DNA of 64,000 bases from an uncultured virus (IMG/VR IMGVR_UViG_3300046517_000919) (Duplodnaviria > Heunggongvirae > Uroviricota > Caudoviricetes): IMG/VR virus record IMGVR_UViG_3300046517_000919, one strand, 5' to 3'. Below the pieces are notes generated by a model. It was given only the letters and a program-made list of their open reading frames with translations. It was not told the DNA's origin and ran no database searches. Position numbers and translations under genes: made by a program. This document shows, one piece after another, positions 1 to 9,500 of the stretch. How positions within the stretch are numbered: position 1 is the stretch's first letter; every line of letters starts with the position of its first letter.

Positions 1-34
1 ACGGCCTATCCCCTCCCCCGAAGGAGAATGGAAA

Positions 35-370
35 GTGAGGGAGGTAGCCGATTGGATGATCCTGAACGGATACGCCACCGGGCACGGCGATACGACCGCC
101 GACATGTTGAGAGAGTTAGAGGTTCAGGCGCGCAACCGCCCCTACCCGAAGCCTGTCATCTGCATTGGAGAGCCTACCATCGCCAAGCTTCGAAACCGAG
201 AGACAGTGGAACTTAGTGACGCCATCCTAATCCATGCGAGCGCCCTCGCCGCAGAACCCGCCAGCGGGGAGACGACGCCAGATGATGATCTCTCCAGCGG
301 CAACCGCAACAAATACACCGGCCGGTTCCGCGCCCCTCCACCCCCGCCAACGCAGGGCGAGGAGCCATGA
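35..370 (+). CDS. phage hypothetical protein
   Basis: ORF with upstream AAGGAG; stop overlaps the next ATG (ATGA at 367-370). Confidence 0.5.
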   Translation: MREVADWMILNGYATGHGDTTADMLRELEVQARNRPYPKPVICIGEPTIAKLRNRETVELSDAILIHASALAAEPASGETTPDDDLSSGNRNKYTGRFRAPPPPPTQGEEP

Positions 371-528
371 GCAGCGTCGTCGGGATCGCCGCTGGCATCG
401 TGCTTCTGGCCATGTCGCTCGCTACGCGCAACACTGACGCGCCTGCGCTTGTCCCGTGGCTAACCGGATGGCTGGGCGCGATCTTGGTGATCGCTGGCAC
501 CGGCAAGTTGTTTTTTTTGGACGAATGA
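367..528 (+). CDS. small two-TM membrane protein (53 aa)
   Basis: Read manually as MSSVVGIAAGIVLLAMSLATRNTDAPALVPWLTGWLGAILVIAGTGKLFFLDE; GAGGAG RBS; coupled to the upstream stop. Confidence 0.55.
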   Translation: MSSVVGIAAGIVLLAMSLATRNTDAPALVPWLTGWLGAILVIAGTGKLFFLDE

Positions 529-694
529 TGCGACGGTGGCGCCGTCGGCGGGTGCGGCGGCGTTATTGGAGGCAGCGAGGATACTGAGATCGCCGTCCTT
601 ATTTCCCTTCGGGCGGCGTAGGGGGAGGGTGGGGCCAGCTTTCAGATTCGTCGCTGATGACCCCATCTTCCCCCGTTAATAAAGGAGAACTGCG

Positions 695-1012
695 ATGACG
701 ACCCTTGAAGCAAGCAAGAGAGCTGAGCCATTGACCATGGAGCGGGCGCAGTCGGCGCTTGCACGCACTGCGCGCAATGTCGGCCGCGTCTACGGCGTCG
801 GCCTAAGCGTCGGCCAGCAGAACGACATGCTGGTGTTCGTCGATGATCTCGGCGACCCGGTGATCGACGACTTTGCGCCCGAGGGCTCTACGGCCATCCA
901 GTGCGCAAGTCAGCAGGAGATCCGCGACGGCACGTTTTTGAAGCTGTTCGCGGCGCGCTCGCTCTATGCGTCGCTGACATTGAAGCTCACCGAGATTCTG
1001 GAGAGCGAATAA
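695..1012 (+). CDS. phage hypothetical protein
   Basis: AAAGGAG RBS before ATG; clean ORF. Confidence 0.65.
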   Translation: MTTLEASKRAEPLTMERAQSALARTARNVGRVYGVGLSVGQQNDMLVFVDDLGDPVIDDFAPEGSTAIQCASQQEIRDGTFLKLFAARSLYASLTLKLTEILESE

Positions 1013-1023
1013 GGGAGGAAACA

Positions 1024-1383
1024 GTGAATCGATATTCCGTTACGATCAAAATGGACCACGATGAATTGACGGCATTTCTGGCGAACGGCGTGGCAGGCAA
1101 GGTCCAGATCGAGATCCTGCCGGGAGAGCAGGCCGACGTAGTCCATCAGCTCCACCCGGCGCCCAAGCCGCGCGTGGCGCGCGGCTCCAAGGTCAATGAC
1201 GCCATTCTCGGCGCGCTTGCCGAGGGCACGCGGACGATCAAGGAGTTGAAGGCGGCGCTGGAGAAGGCGGGCCTTTCTGCGGGCTCGATATCGACTGGCC
1301 TCGCGGTGTTGCAGAAGGCTAACCGTATTGAGCGTACGACCGACGGCTCGTATGCTCTGGCGGTACAGAGGGCTGCGGAATGA
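1024..1383 (+). CDS. winged-helix DNA-binding protein (putative)
   Basis: GTG start after GGGAGG; C-terminal ILGALAEGTRTIKELKAAL...SISTGLAVLQKANRIERTTDGSYAL has a wHTH pattern. Confidence 0.6.
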   Translation: MNRYSVTIKMDHDELTAFLANGVAGKVQIEILPGEQADVVHQLHPAPKPRVARGSKVNDAILGALAEGTRTIKELKAALEKAGLSAGSISTGLAVLQKANRIERTTDGSYALAVQRAAE

Positions 1384-1562
1384 CCGGCGAACCCGCCCAA
1401 GCGCCGCCAATGGACAAGGGGCTCCAGTATTGGGTCGATCTGATCCGCGCGCCTCTTGAGACGCAAACTGGAGTCGAGATCGTTGACAGCTTGGGCGGGG
1501 CCACCCGGTTCCGCTTTCGCGGCCAGATCTTTGAGGTGATCATCAGGCCGGTCGATAAATGA
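1380..1562 (+). CDS. hypothetical protein
   Basis: ATGA overlaps at both ends. Confidence 0.55.
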   Translation: MTGEPAQAPPMDKGLQYWVDLIRAPLETQTGVEIVDSLGGATRFRFRGQIFEVIIRPVDK

Positions 1563-1813
1563 CCAGCCCGATGAAGATGTCGCTGAGCGTGACCGGCTGG
1601 AGCATCGACCCCGAGCTGCTCGACGACATCTCCATCGAACTCCTTCACTCGGAGATGACTGGGGACGCGCTGCGCGTCAAGCTCAAGTTCAAGACTGGGC
1701 GCGAGGTGCTGCTGGAGGGCGAGCTGGCGGAGGGGACCGGCAGCGAGGTCTATCTCAAGCTGGTGGCCGAGATCTCGATGCCGACCAAGACGGTGATCGA
1801 ACACGAGGGCTAA
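1559..1813 (+). CDS. hypothetical protein
   Basis: ATGA-coupled; typical GC3-rich codons. Confidence 0.6.
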   Translation: MTSPMKMSLSVTGWSIDPELLDDISIELLHSEMTGDALRVKLKFKTGREVLLEGELAEGTGSEVYLKLVAEISMPTKTVIEHEG

Positions 1814-1816
1814 GCG

Positions 1817-2050
1817 ATGCCGAAGATCTGGGAACGAGCGGTCGAGCACATCAAGGCTGAATCGCCGGGGGTGAACCCCTACGCGGCGGCGACGGCCTCG
1901 CTCCAGAAGGCGGGCGAGATGAAGCCGGGAACGCGCGAGCTAACCAAGAAGGGCGAGAAGCGGCAGGCGAAGGGCGTAAAATGGCGCCACGCTCATCCGC
2001 TGGCGACTGGCGGCGCCGTCAAGCCATCGCTGGGGCGGGCCGGGCGGTGA
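1817..2050 (+). CDS. small basic protein carrying ATGG and KPSLGRAGR motifs
   Basis: K/R-rich ORF in operon; shares peptides with 20861..21241. Confidence 0.65.
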   Translation: MPKIWERAVEHIKAESPGVNPYAAATASLQKAGEMKPGTRELTKKGEKRQAKGVKWRHAHPLATGGAVKPSLGRAGR

Positions 2051-2051
2051 G

Positions 2052-2618
2052 ATGGCGGCGGAACCGATCTGGGTTGCGCTGAATGAGCATGAGCGCGCGA
2101 TGGGTGCCAAGGAAGGGACCGCCCGTCAAGACGATGCGGTCAGGCGTGGCCTGAAAGACAAGTACGGCTTCGAAGGCGACCCGCTGGAAATTCACATTAA
2201 CGGCGCACGGGGCGAGATCGGCTTTGCAAAGGTTGTGGGCGCCCATTGGCGGAGTTCCGTAGGCACGTTCAAATCCGGTTATGACGTTGGCAAGCTGCAA
2301 GTGCGAACGAGATCGCGGCACGATTACGAATTAATTTTTCGTCCCGATGATCAACCGATGGAGAGCCAACCCTTTGTCTTGGTACTCGGTAATTTCTCGC
2401 TGTTCTCTGTTGTCGGATGGATTATCGGCCGGGATGCGCGCCGGGACGAGTGGTTGCAGACCCACGCAAACCGCCCCAAAGCATGGTTTGTGCCGCAGGA
2501 AAGGCTGCTCGACATACGCGAGCTGTCGCCGGATTTGACAGGCGGCACGGGACCACTTCGCCGCAGCATTGATTTGGCGGAGTGGGTGCGTGAGGCGTTC
2601 GAAAACGGCGACCAATGA
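2052..2618 (+). CDS. phage protein, possible restriction-endonuclease-like fold
   Basis: GARGEIGFAK...YDVGKLQVRT...FVLV...VVGWI...WFVPQERL pattern resembles phage PD-(D/E)xK-like proteins; recognised by eye only. Confidence 0.45.
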   Translation: MAAEPIWVALNEHERAMGAKEGTARQDDAVRRGLKDKYGFEGDPLEIHINGARGEIGFAKVVGAHWRSSVGTFKSGYDVGKLQVRTRSRHDYELIFRPDDQPMESQPFVLVLGNFSLFSVVGWIIGRDARRDEWLQTHANRPKAWFVPQERLLDIRELSPDLTGGTGPLRRSIDLAEWVREAFENGDQ

Positions 2619-2639
2619 CGGTCGCCGTCTCTGACAATA

Positions 2640-3059
2640 TCAACGACGCTTCGATGGCGTCGGATGCTCGCCAGTCGGAATGGCGACGACCACCCAGCCG
2701 GTCACTGGAGTCCACGCGACTTTCAGTTCCCAGTTGGGAGCAGGCCCGCCGGAAGGCGGCGGCGGCAGCACAATCGGGTGCTCGGGACGCACGTAGCCAG
2801 CATCCACGTCGATGCCATAACCGGGATCGACCGGATCGACCGGCGGCGGCGTTACCTCTACCGGGGGCGGCAGCACAATCGGGTTGGTCGGTCGCGGATC
2901 GGTTGGACCCCAGATGCCAAGACCAAGATCAATGCCATAGCCCGGATCGACCGGCTGATCGCCGCCTCCCGGCATCGGCCCGCCACCGATCTCAAGGCTG
3001 GGATCGACCGCCGCGACGACAACCGTCTCGCCAGCCTTCAACTTAATAGTCGTCCTCAT
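2640..3059 (-). CDS. proline-rich protein with internal repeat
   Basis: AGGAG RBS; PVDPGYGID x2, RPxxPIVLPPP x2; C-terminal WELKVAWTPVTGWVVVAIP. Confidence 0.65.
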   Translation of the reverse strand: MRTTIKLKAGETVVVAAVDPSLEIGGGPMPGGGDQPVDPGYGIDLGLGIWGPTDPRPTNPIVLPPPVEVTPPPVDPVDPGYGIDVDAGYVRPEHPIVLPPPPSGGPAPNWELKVAWTPVTGWVVVAIPTGEHPTPSKRR

Positions 3060-3174
3060 TGTGGTTTCTCCTAGTGTTGCAACGATTGCAACTTTATCAC
3101 GCCTTTGTAACCAGCGTCAGACTGCGCTAGAACCTTTTGCGAGGCGAGAGGAGGTGCGTTGAGGGAATCCGCCC

Positions 3175-3804
3175 ATGGCTACGCCGTCCAAGCCCGCCGA
3201 CAATCACAGGTCTGCGCAACACGCGCCCGCGAAGCACGAAGAGCCACCCAAGCCCGAAGCCCATAAGGCCCCCGCGCGCCGCGCGGCGCGTGCAGCGGAC
3301 CCCTACCCCGTCCTGATCGATGCTGCGTCGCTGTACAAGAATGGCCACCGCATCGCCAAAGAGGGCGACCCGCCCGAAAAATGGATGGTGATGGGCACAC
3401 TCGGCGATGGTACGCCGGTTCATCAGGTGCCGCTGACGCCCGAGATTGAAGCGGAGATCAGGTCCGGGGCATTCTATTTGGCCGACGGGCTGACGACGGG
3501 GGACGCCGCGCCGCCCATGGGGCCGCCGGTTGTCGTTGATAAGCCCTATGTCGGCGGCGTTGCGACAGTCGGCAGCACGCTCGACTGCACCCAAGGCAAC
3601 TGGACGAACGTCCCGACCAACAAGGTCTACCAGTGGCTACGCAGCGGGACGCCAATCGACGCTGCGACGACCGCCAGCTACCTCCTCGTGGCGGACGATG
3701 TCGGGGCGATGATGTCGTGCGAGGTCACCGCGATCAACGCGAGCGGGCAGGCAAGCTCGACCAGCAATGAAGTCGGCCCGGTTGCCGCGCTGGCTAGGAA
3801 GTAA
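3175..3804 (+). CDS. virion decoration-type protein with C-terminal Ig-like domain
   Basis: VGSTLDCTQGNW...YQWLRSGTPI...DVGAMMSCEVTAINASG is an Ig-like repeat also found in 60470..62299. Confidence 0.65.
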   Translation: MATPSKPADNHRSAQHAPAKHEEPPKPEAHKAPARRAARAADPYPVLIDAASLYKNGHRIAKEGDPPEKWMVMGTLGDGTPVHQVPLTPEIEAEIRSGAFYLADGLTTGDAAPPMGPPVVVDKPYVGGVATVGSTLDCTQGNWTNVPTNKVYQWLRSGTPIDAATTASYLLVADDVGAMMSCEVTAINASGQASSTSNEVGPVAALARK

Positions 3805-3810
3805 GCGCAA

Positions 3811-6555
3811 ATGGCGGCCGGACTGGGTGCGATTCGTTTGCCGGGATCGCTGGGCGACGGCATGGATGACATGGCGCCGCAGCGCAACAACGCGCGTCAG
3901 GGCAGCGTCATCATCGATCTGAACGACGATGACGAGCCCGACATTCCCGATGTCGATACCGACAAGGGCGTCGAGATCGAGGGCGGCGGGGTCGTCGTCC
4001 GTATCGGCCCGGCGCTCGCCAAGCCGAAGGAAGACCTCAAGTTCTACGACAACCTTGCCGAAGCCCTGCCAAGAGAGGTTCTCGGCGGGGTCGCCGACGA
4101 GCTGCTGCTGCGCATCGAGGAGGACAACCGCTCGCGGCAGGAATGGCTCGACACTCGGGGGCGCGGCATCAAGATCCTTGGCCTCAAGATCGAGGAGATG
4201 CGGTCGAGCGGGCCAGACGGCTCAGCGCCGCTGGAGGGCCAGTCGCAGATCCGCGCCAGCCTGCTGGCTGAGTCGGTCGTACGATTTGGGGCGAACGCCT
4301 TCGCCGAGATGTGCCCTATCGACGGCCCGGCCAAGGTCACTGAGGATACCGCCGCTGCGACCGTGGAGCTTGACGACCTCGCCGACGCCTTGGAGACGAC
4401 CCTCAACCATTACCTGACGGTGGTCGATAAGCCGTGGGTTCCCGATACCGATTCGATGCTGCTGCGGATCGGCGTCGACGGTTCGGTGTTCAAGAAGGTC
4501 TATCACGACCCCATTCTGCGCCGTCCGATCTCGCGCGCCGTCTATGGCGAAGACGTGATCATCAACAATTCGGCGACCTCGATTTACGACGCCAAGCGGA
4601 TCACCCACCGGGTGATGATGGCGCCCTCGACCCTCCGCCGCATGCAGCTCGCTGGCGCCTATCTCGACATCCCGATTGGCGATCCCGGCTGGAAGCAGAA
4701 GGATGCGCCCGAGCTACAGTCGGAGGAGGTCAGCGGCGTCCGCAAGAATGAGAGCCCCGAGCGCGACGACCGCGATCACGAGATCTTCGAATGCTATTGC
4801 GAACTCGATCTTGAGGGTTTCGAGCACAAGACGAAGGGCAAGCCTGACGGGCTCGCGGTGCCTTACAAGGTCGCCATCGACCGTGAATCGCGTGAGGTGC
4901 TGGAGATCCGGCGGAATTACAACGAAGACGACGAGATGTGTCTGCCGAAGACCTTTTTTGTCCAGTTCCCGTTTATTCGCGGGTTCGGCATTTACGGCAT
5001 CGGCCTCTCGCACCTTCTCGGCAACATCGCCAACGGCATCACCGCCGCGTGGCGGGAGTTCCTCGACGCCGGGATGTTCTCGAACTTCCCCGGCCTATTG
5101 GCTGCCAAGGGCTCGGGACGGCAGGACAATTCGGTCATCCGAATACCGCCCGGCGGCATGAAGGAGATCGAAACCGGCGGCCTGCCGATCCAGCAAGTCG
5201 TGATGGGCATGCCCTACAAGAGCCCCGATGCGACCTTCGTCAGCTTCATCCAGCAACTGAATCAGGAAGGGCAGCGCCTCGGCGGCACGGCCGACATCAT
5301 GGTCGGGGAAGGGCGGCAAGATGCACCTGTGGGCACGACGCTGGCACTCATCGAGCAAGCCATTAAGCCGCTCCTCGCCACCCACAAGCGACTGTGCGCC
5401 GCCCAGTCAGATGAGCTTCAACTTCTGGTCGAACGATTCCGAGAAGACCCCGAAGCCCTGTTCCGCCACAAGCCGAGCGCCAGCGGCGTGTCGTGGGACG
5501 AGCAGCTCGTCGTCAAGGCGCTGAACACCTACCAGATCGTCACCCGCGCCGATCCGAACACCGCTTCGCACTTGCAGCGCATGCTGCGCAACGCCGCCCT
5601 CTACATGATGGCGAAGGACGACCCACCCGCCTTTGACCTCACCGCGATCCGGCGCACTTGCATCCGGGGCATTGGCTTCGCCAACCCCGACCAGTTCTTG
5701 AACCAGAACCCGCAGCCGCCGCCGCCATCGGCCAAGGATCAGGCCGCCGCGACCACCGCTCAAGCCGCGCTCCTCGACGCGCAGGCCAAGATGGGCCAGC
5801 TCCAGCTTGATACTAAGAACGCGCCGATGGAGGCGCAGGCGCGGCAGATGGACGCGCAGGCGAAGATCGTCGGCGCTAAGGCTGGCGTCCAGAAGCAGCA
5901 GATGGCCACCCACACGGCGACCATCCAAGCCCAGAACGAGCAGATGAAGCCCGCCATGGAGCAAATGAAGCACCAGCACGAATCGCAGGAGAACCAAGCA
6001 GATCGTCAGACCGAGCTGATCAAGGAGCAGATGCAGCATGCCCACGAGATGCGGCTTGCCGGGATCGAGCAGCAGGGCGACCTCCAGAAAGCCCAGACGG
6101 ACCATGCGGGCCGTCTAGCGGAGGTTGGAGCTAAACACCAGACTGAGATTGCTAAAGCTGGGATGGATCAGCAGGGGCGGATGCAGGAGGCCCAGTTCGG
6201 GCACCAAGCCGCGCTTGCCGAGGGCCAGCAGGCCCATCAGACGGCGATGGCGCAGGGCGCGCAGCAGGAGCATACCGCTCTCGCGCAGGGCGCACAGAAG
6301 CATGCCACCACCATGGCGCAGGGCGCGATGCAGCGCGACACGTCACTGGCGCAGGGCGAGCAGCAGAACCAAGGCAAGCTTCAGCAGATCAAGGCGGCGC
6401 CCAAGCCAGCGGCTGGCGCGAAGAAGAAGCCGGGACGGGCGACCGGAGGCCGGGTGACGACGCCGTTCGGCGAGGCCCGTCAGGCGCCTGACGGCCACCA
6501 CTACGTCAAGCACCCCCACACCGGGCAGTATTTCCGGGTGAAGAAGGGGGAGTGA
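3811..6555 (+). CDS. portal protein with long coiled-coil C-terminal extension
   Basis: FYDNLAE, GSVFKKVYHDP, RITHR, PYKVAID...VLEIRRNY, GFGIYGIGL, DAGMFSNFPGL, APVGTTLALIEQ motifs typical of podovirus-type portals; start could be 3862. Confidence 0.9.
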   Translation: MAAGLGAIRLPGSLGDGMDDMAPQRNNARQGSVIIDLNDDDEPDIPDVDTDKGVEIEGGGVVVRIGPALAKPKEDLKFYDNLAEALPREVLGGVADELLLRIEEDNRSRQEWLDTRGRGIKILGLKIEEMRSSGPDGSAPLEGQSQIRASLLAESVVRFGANAFAEMCPIDGPAKVTEDTAAATVELDDLADALETTLNHYLTVVDKPWVPDTDSMLLRIGVDGSVFKKVYHDPILRRPISRAVYGEDVIINNSATSIYDAKRITHRVMMAPSTLRRMQLAGAYLDIPIGDPGWKQKDAPELQSEEVSGVRKNESPERDDRDHEIFECYCELDLEGFEHKTKGKPDGLAVPYKVAIDRESREVLEIRRNYNEDDEMCLPKTFFVQFPFIRGFGIYGIGLSHLLGNIANGITAAWREFLDAGMFSNFPGLLAAKGSGRQDNSVIRIPPGGMKEIETGGLPIQQVVMGMPYKSPDATFVSFIQQLNQEGQRLGGTADIMVGEGRQDAPVGTTLALIEQAIKPLLATHKRLCAAQSDELQLLVERFREDPEALFRHKPSASGVSWDEQLVVKALNTYQIVTRADPNTASHLQRMLRNAALYMMAKDDPPAFDLTAIRRTCIRGIGFANPDQFLNQNPQPPPPSAKDQAAATTAQAALLDAQAKMGQLQLDTKNAPMEAQARQMDAQAKIVGAKAGVQKQQMATHTATIQAQNEQMKPAMEQMKHQHESQENQADRQTELIKEQMQHAHEMRLAGIEQQGDLQKAQTDHAGRLAEVGAKHQTEIAKAGMDQQGRMQEAQFGHQAALAEGQQAHQTAMAQGAQQEHTALAQGAQKHATTMAQGAMQRDTSLAQGEQQNQGKLQQIKAAPKPAAGAKKKPGRATGGRVTTPFGEARQAPDGHHYVKHPHTGQYFRVKKGE

Positions 6556-6556
6556 T

Positions 6557-9500
6557 GTGGCCGTTGAAGACCTCGGCGACGCTGGCGACTGGAGAGCCTT
6601 TCCGGTAGATCACGATCCGTTCGCGGACGTTCCCGATTCATCCGCGTCACAGGACCGAAATCGCGATTTGGGTTATCAGCGCTTTTCCGGCCATGTCGCG
6701 GCTGGCCCCAGCGGCTTTGGGCGCCTCGACCAGATGGTTCGGGAGAGCGCTGCGCCTGACGCGCCCGAGGCCCAGCCGCCAGAGAAGCAATACTACGGCG
6801 GCCAATATGGCGCAGCCCTAGAGCATGGCTTCCAGAACCTCGCCGGGGGGATTGGCGGCGCGATAGGCGGGGCAACCGATCTGGTGGGTCAGGGGGTTGG
6901 CAGGGTAGCGGGCGCAGTCGGCGTTCCAGATCCCGAGGGGTTGGGCCGCGCCGTCACCCAGATGCTCGACTCCCCGGTTCATGGGCCGACGCCGAGTAGC
7001 GCCGCGCATGGGATGGCCGCCGCGCATGGGCTTGGCGGTCTGAGCGAATATGCTCCTGCCATGCTTCTAGGACCGCTGGCGCGGACGGCTGATCAAGGCA
7101 AGCTGGCGAAGGCCCAGACCATGTGGGCTCGTGGCGCTCTCCCGCAGGAAATATACGACGATACAAAGTGGCTCAAGACCCCGAAAGATCAGTGGCAGTT
7201 TGAAGCCCCAGATACCGCAGCCCGCTATGTCGAGGACAAGAAGGCTCGGATTCTCGGTGATGTCCTTCACCTTCCAGAGACGTATGCGGCCTATCCGGGG
7301 CTCCAATACATTCCGCTCAGCTATATGCCGAAGGGCAAAGAGGGCGGGCTTCGTGGCAGCTTTACGGCTAGCAGGCAAGCGCCGGGGTCAATGCAGTTTC
7401 CGCCGGGGGAGATGGAGCTGAAGCAGGGTCTTGGTAGCCCGAGTGTGCCGTTGCATGAAGTCCAGCATGGGGTGCAGTCGATAGAGCGTTTCCCCATGGG
7501 AGGAATGCCGAAGCGGCCATACGAGACTAATGCTAATTTCGATATGTGGGAGCAGTTCAGGCGCAACAACCTAGATAAGCTGGTACTTAATCCGCCAAAG
7601 AATCCGGTCGAATGGGGGAAGTACATGGGGATAGAAGACCCGACGGCGGCAGAGTTCGAATATGATGAGTTCAAAAGAGCCCACGATCTAGGTGTGAAAA
7701 CGAACAGCCTGTTGCCGAAAGTGATATCATACGCGGAAAGAAAGGCGAACCACGACTACTATCTCAGCCATTACGGCGAGGCCGAGGCCCGCAATGTTCA
7801 GCATCGCTGGGAGGAGGCGCAGAAGCTGGGCGGCTACGACAAGTTGCCCCACCCATACAAAACATTGGACACGACTTATGTGAGCTTCCCGCCCTACGCG
7901 GGTGGCGGCCGGGTCGGTTTTGCGGACGGCGGCGTCCTGACCGACGACAACACCGTCTGGCCAGAGGATCAGCCGGAACAGCGGCCTTCGAACGTCCCTC
8001 CGCCACAAGGCTTCCAGTGGAGCCCGATGAGTGCGCCGGGGCTTGTGGGCGGCCTCTACAACATGGCGAAGAGCGGGCTCGGCCTGACCGGCGATGTGGC
8101 CTCTGGCAAGGCCCGCATGGAAGACCCCGAGACGCAACGGCGCGTCAACGACATGGCGGGGCTGGTGACGCTCGGCGCGGGCGCGATGCCTGCGGAGGCT
8201 GGCGCACTGAGCATGGGGGCGCGCAACCTGTCGCCGCTCGGGTTCTATTCGCACGGCGCCGATGTGGCGGCGAACTTGCCCCAGAAGGTCGGGACGACGC
8301 AGCAGATGAGGGCGGCGCTGGACAAGGCTGGCGTCAAGCCCGTCGAGATGGAGGGGGTTGGGCTGGGTGCGGAAGCGATGCCCTATGGGTGGAAGAACCC
8401 ACCCGTCAACCCGTCCGTAAGCAGTGAAGAACTGGCGGGCCGGTTCCGGCAGGCCTCGCCGCAGCTTCAGGAGACGGTGCTGGCCAATAAGGGCTCTGGC
8501 AACAGTGCTCGCCGCTATCTTTATGTCGATCCCGAGACGGGCGCGCCAAGCCGCGCCGAGGGCGCGACAAGGATCGACAACCCGGCATGGGCGCCGTGGC
8601 GTCCGCCGCCGCAATTCGAACAGCACTCCCTGCCCGGCGGGCAGAACTACCGCGAAGTGCTGATGCACTTGCCAGCCAATCAGATCAGCGATGCGGACGC
8701 CCTAGCGGAGGCGCAAAGGTTTTCAAACCGCATCGGCGAAGATTGGAACAGGGTCGCGCCTGCCGATCAGGCCAGATACATCCAAACCGCTCGTGAGTCG
8801 CTGGCTGAACGAGGAGGCTCTCCAAGCAACTTCAAATCCTCCCACTGGGACCAGCCCAACGTTGTCGCCCATCTGCGGCTGAACGACCGCACGGGCGTGG
8901 CTGACCTAAACGATATCCGCAGTCGGGCGGCGAGCGCGCTTGGCGCTCGGCCACAGGATCTTGGCTCTGGCGCGGCGGCAGCGGCGGTCCAGAAAGGGGC
9001 CATAACCCCAGAAGAGGCCGCGTCGCTGTCCAATGCCTCTGGATGGATCAACGGCTTTAAGGGCAAGCCCGGGATCGAACCAAGGCTCCTGCACATGGAG
9101 GAGCTGCAAAGCGACTGGGGGCAGAAGGGGAGGGATGAGGGTTTTGCTGATCCCAAGGTGATCCAAGCGCATGAGGATTATGTCGCCGATATGCGTCGTC
9201 GGATGGCGGAAGGCATGACGCAGGACGGTATCGCTTCGGGTGTTGATCCTGTGAGATCGGGTCAACTGGCCAAAAGCACTGCTGAGAAGATGGAGCCGTG
9301 GCAGCTAGCTAAGTATTTGGGGGAAGATCAGACATTGCGTGATGTGTACGCCAAGCGGGTTGCGGAGGAGAAAAAGATCCCTCCCGGCCCCTACGTCACC
9401 AACACCAATAGCTGGACGGATCTCGGGCTCAAGCGGGCGCTGATCGAGGCCGCGCGCGGCGATTACACCCACCTAAGCTGGACGCCCGGCGCCGATCAGG

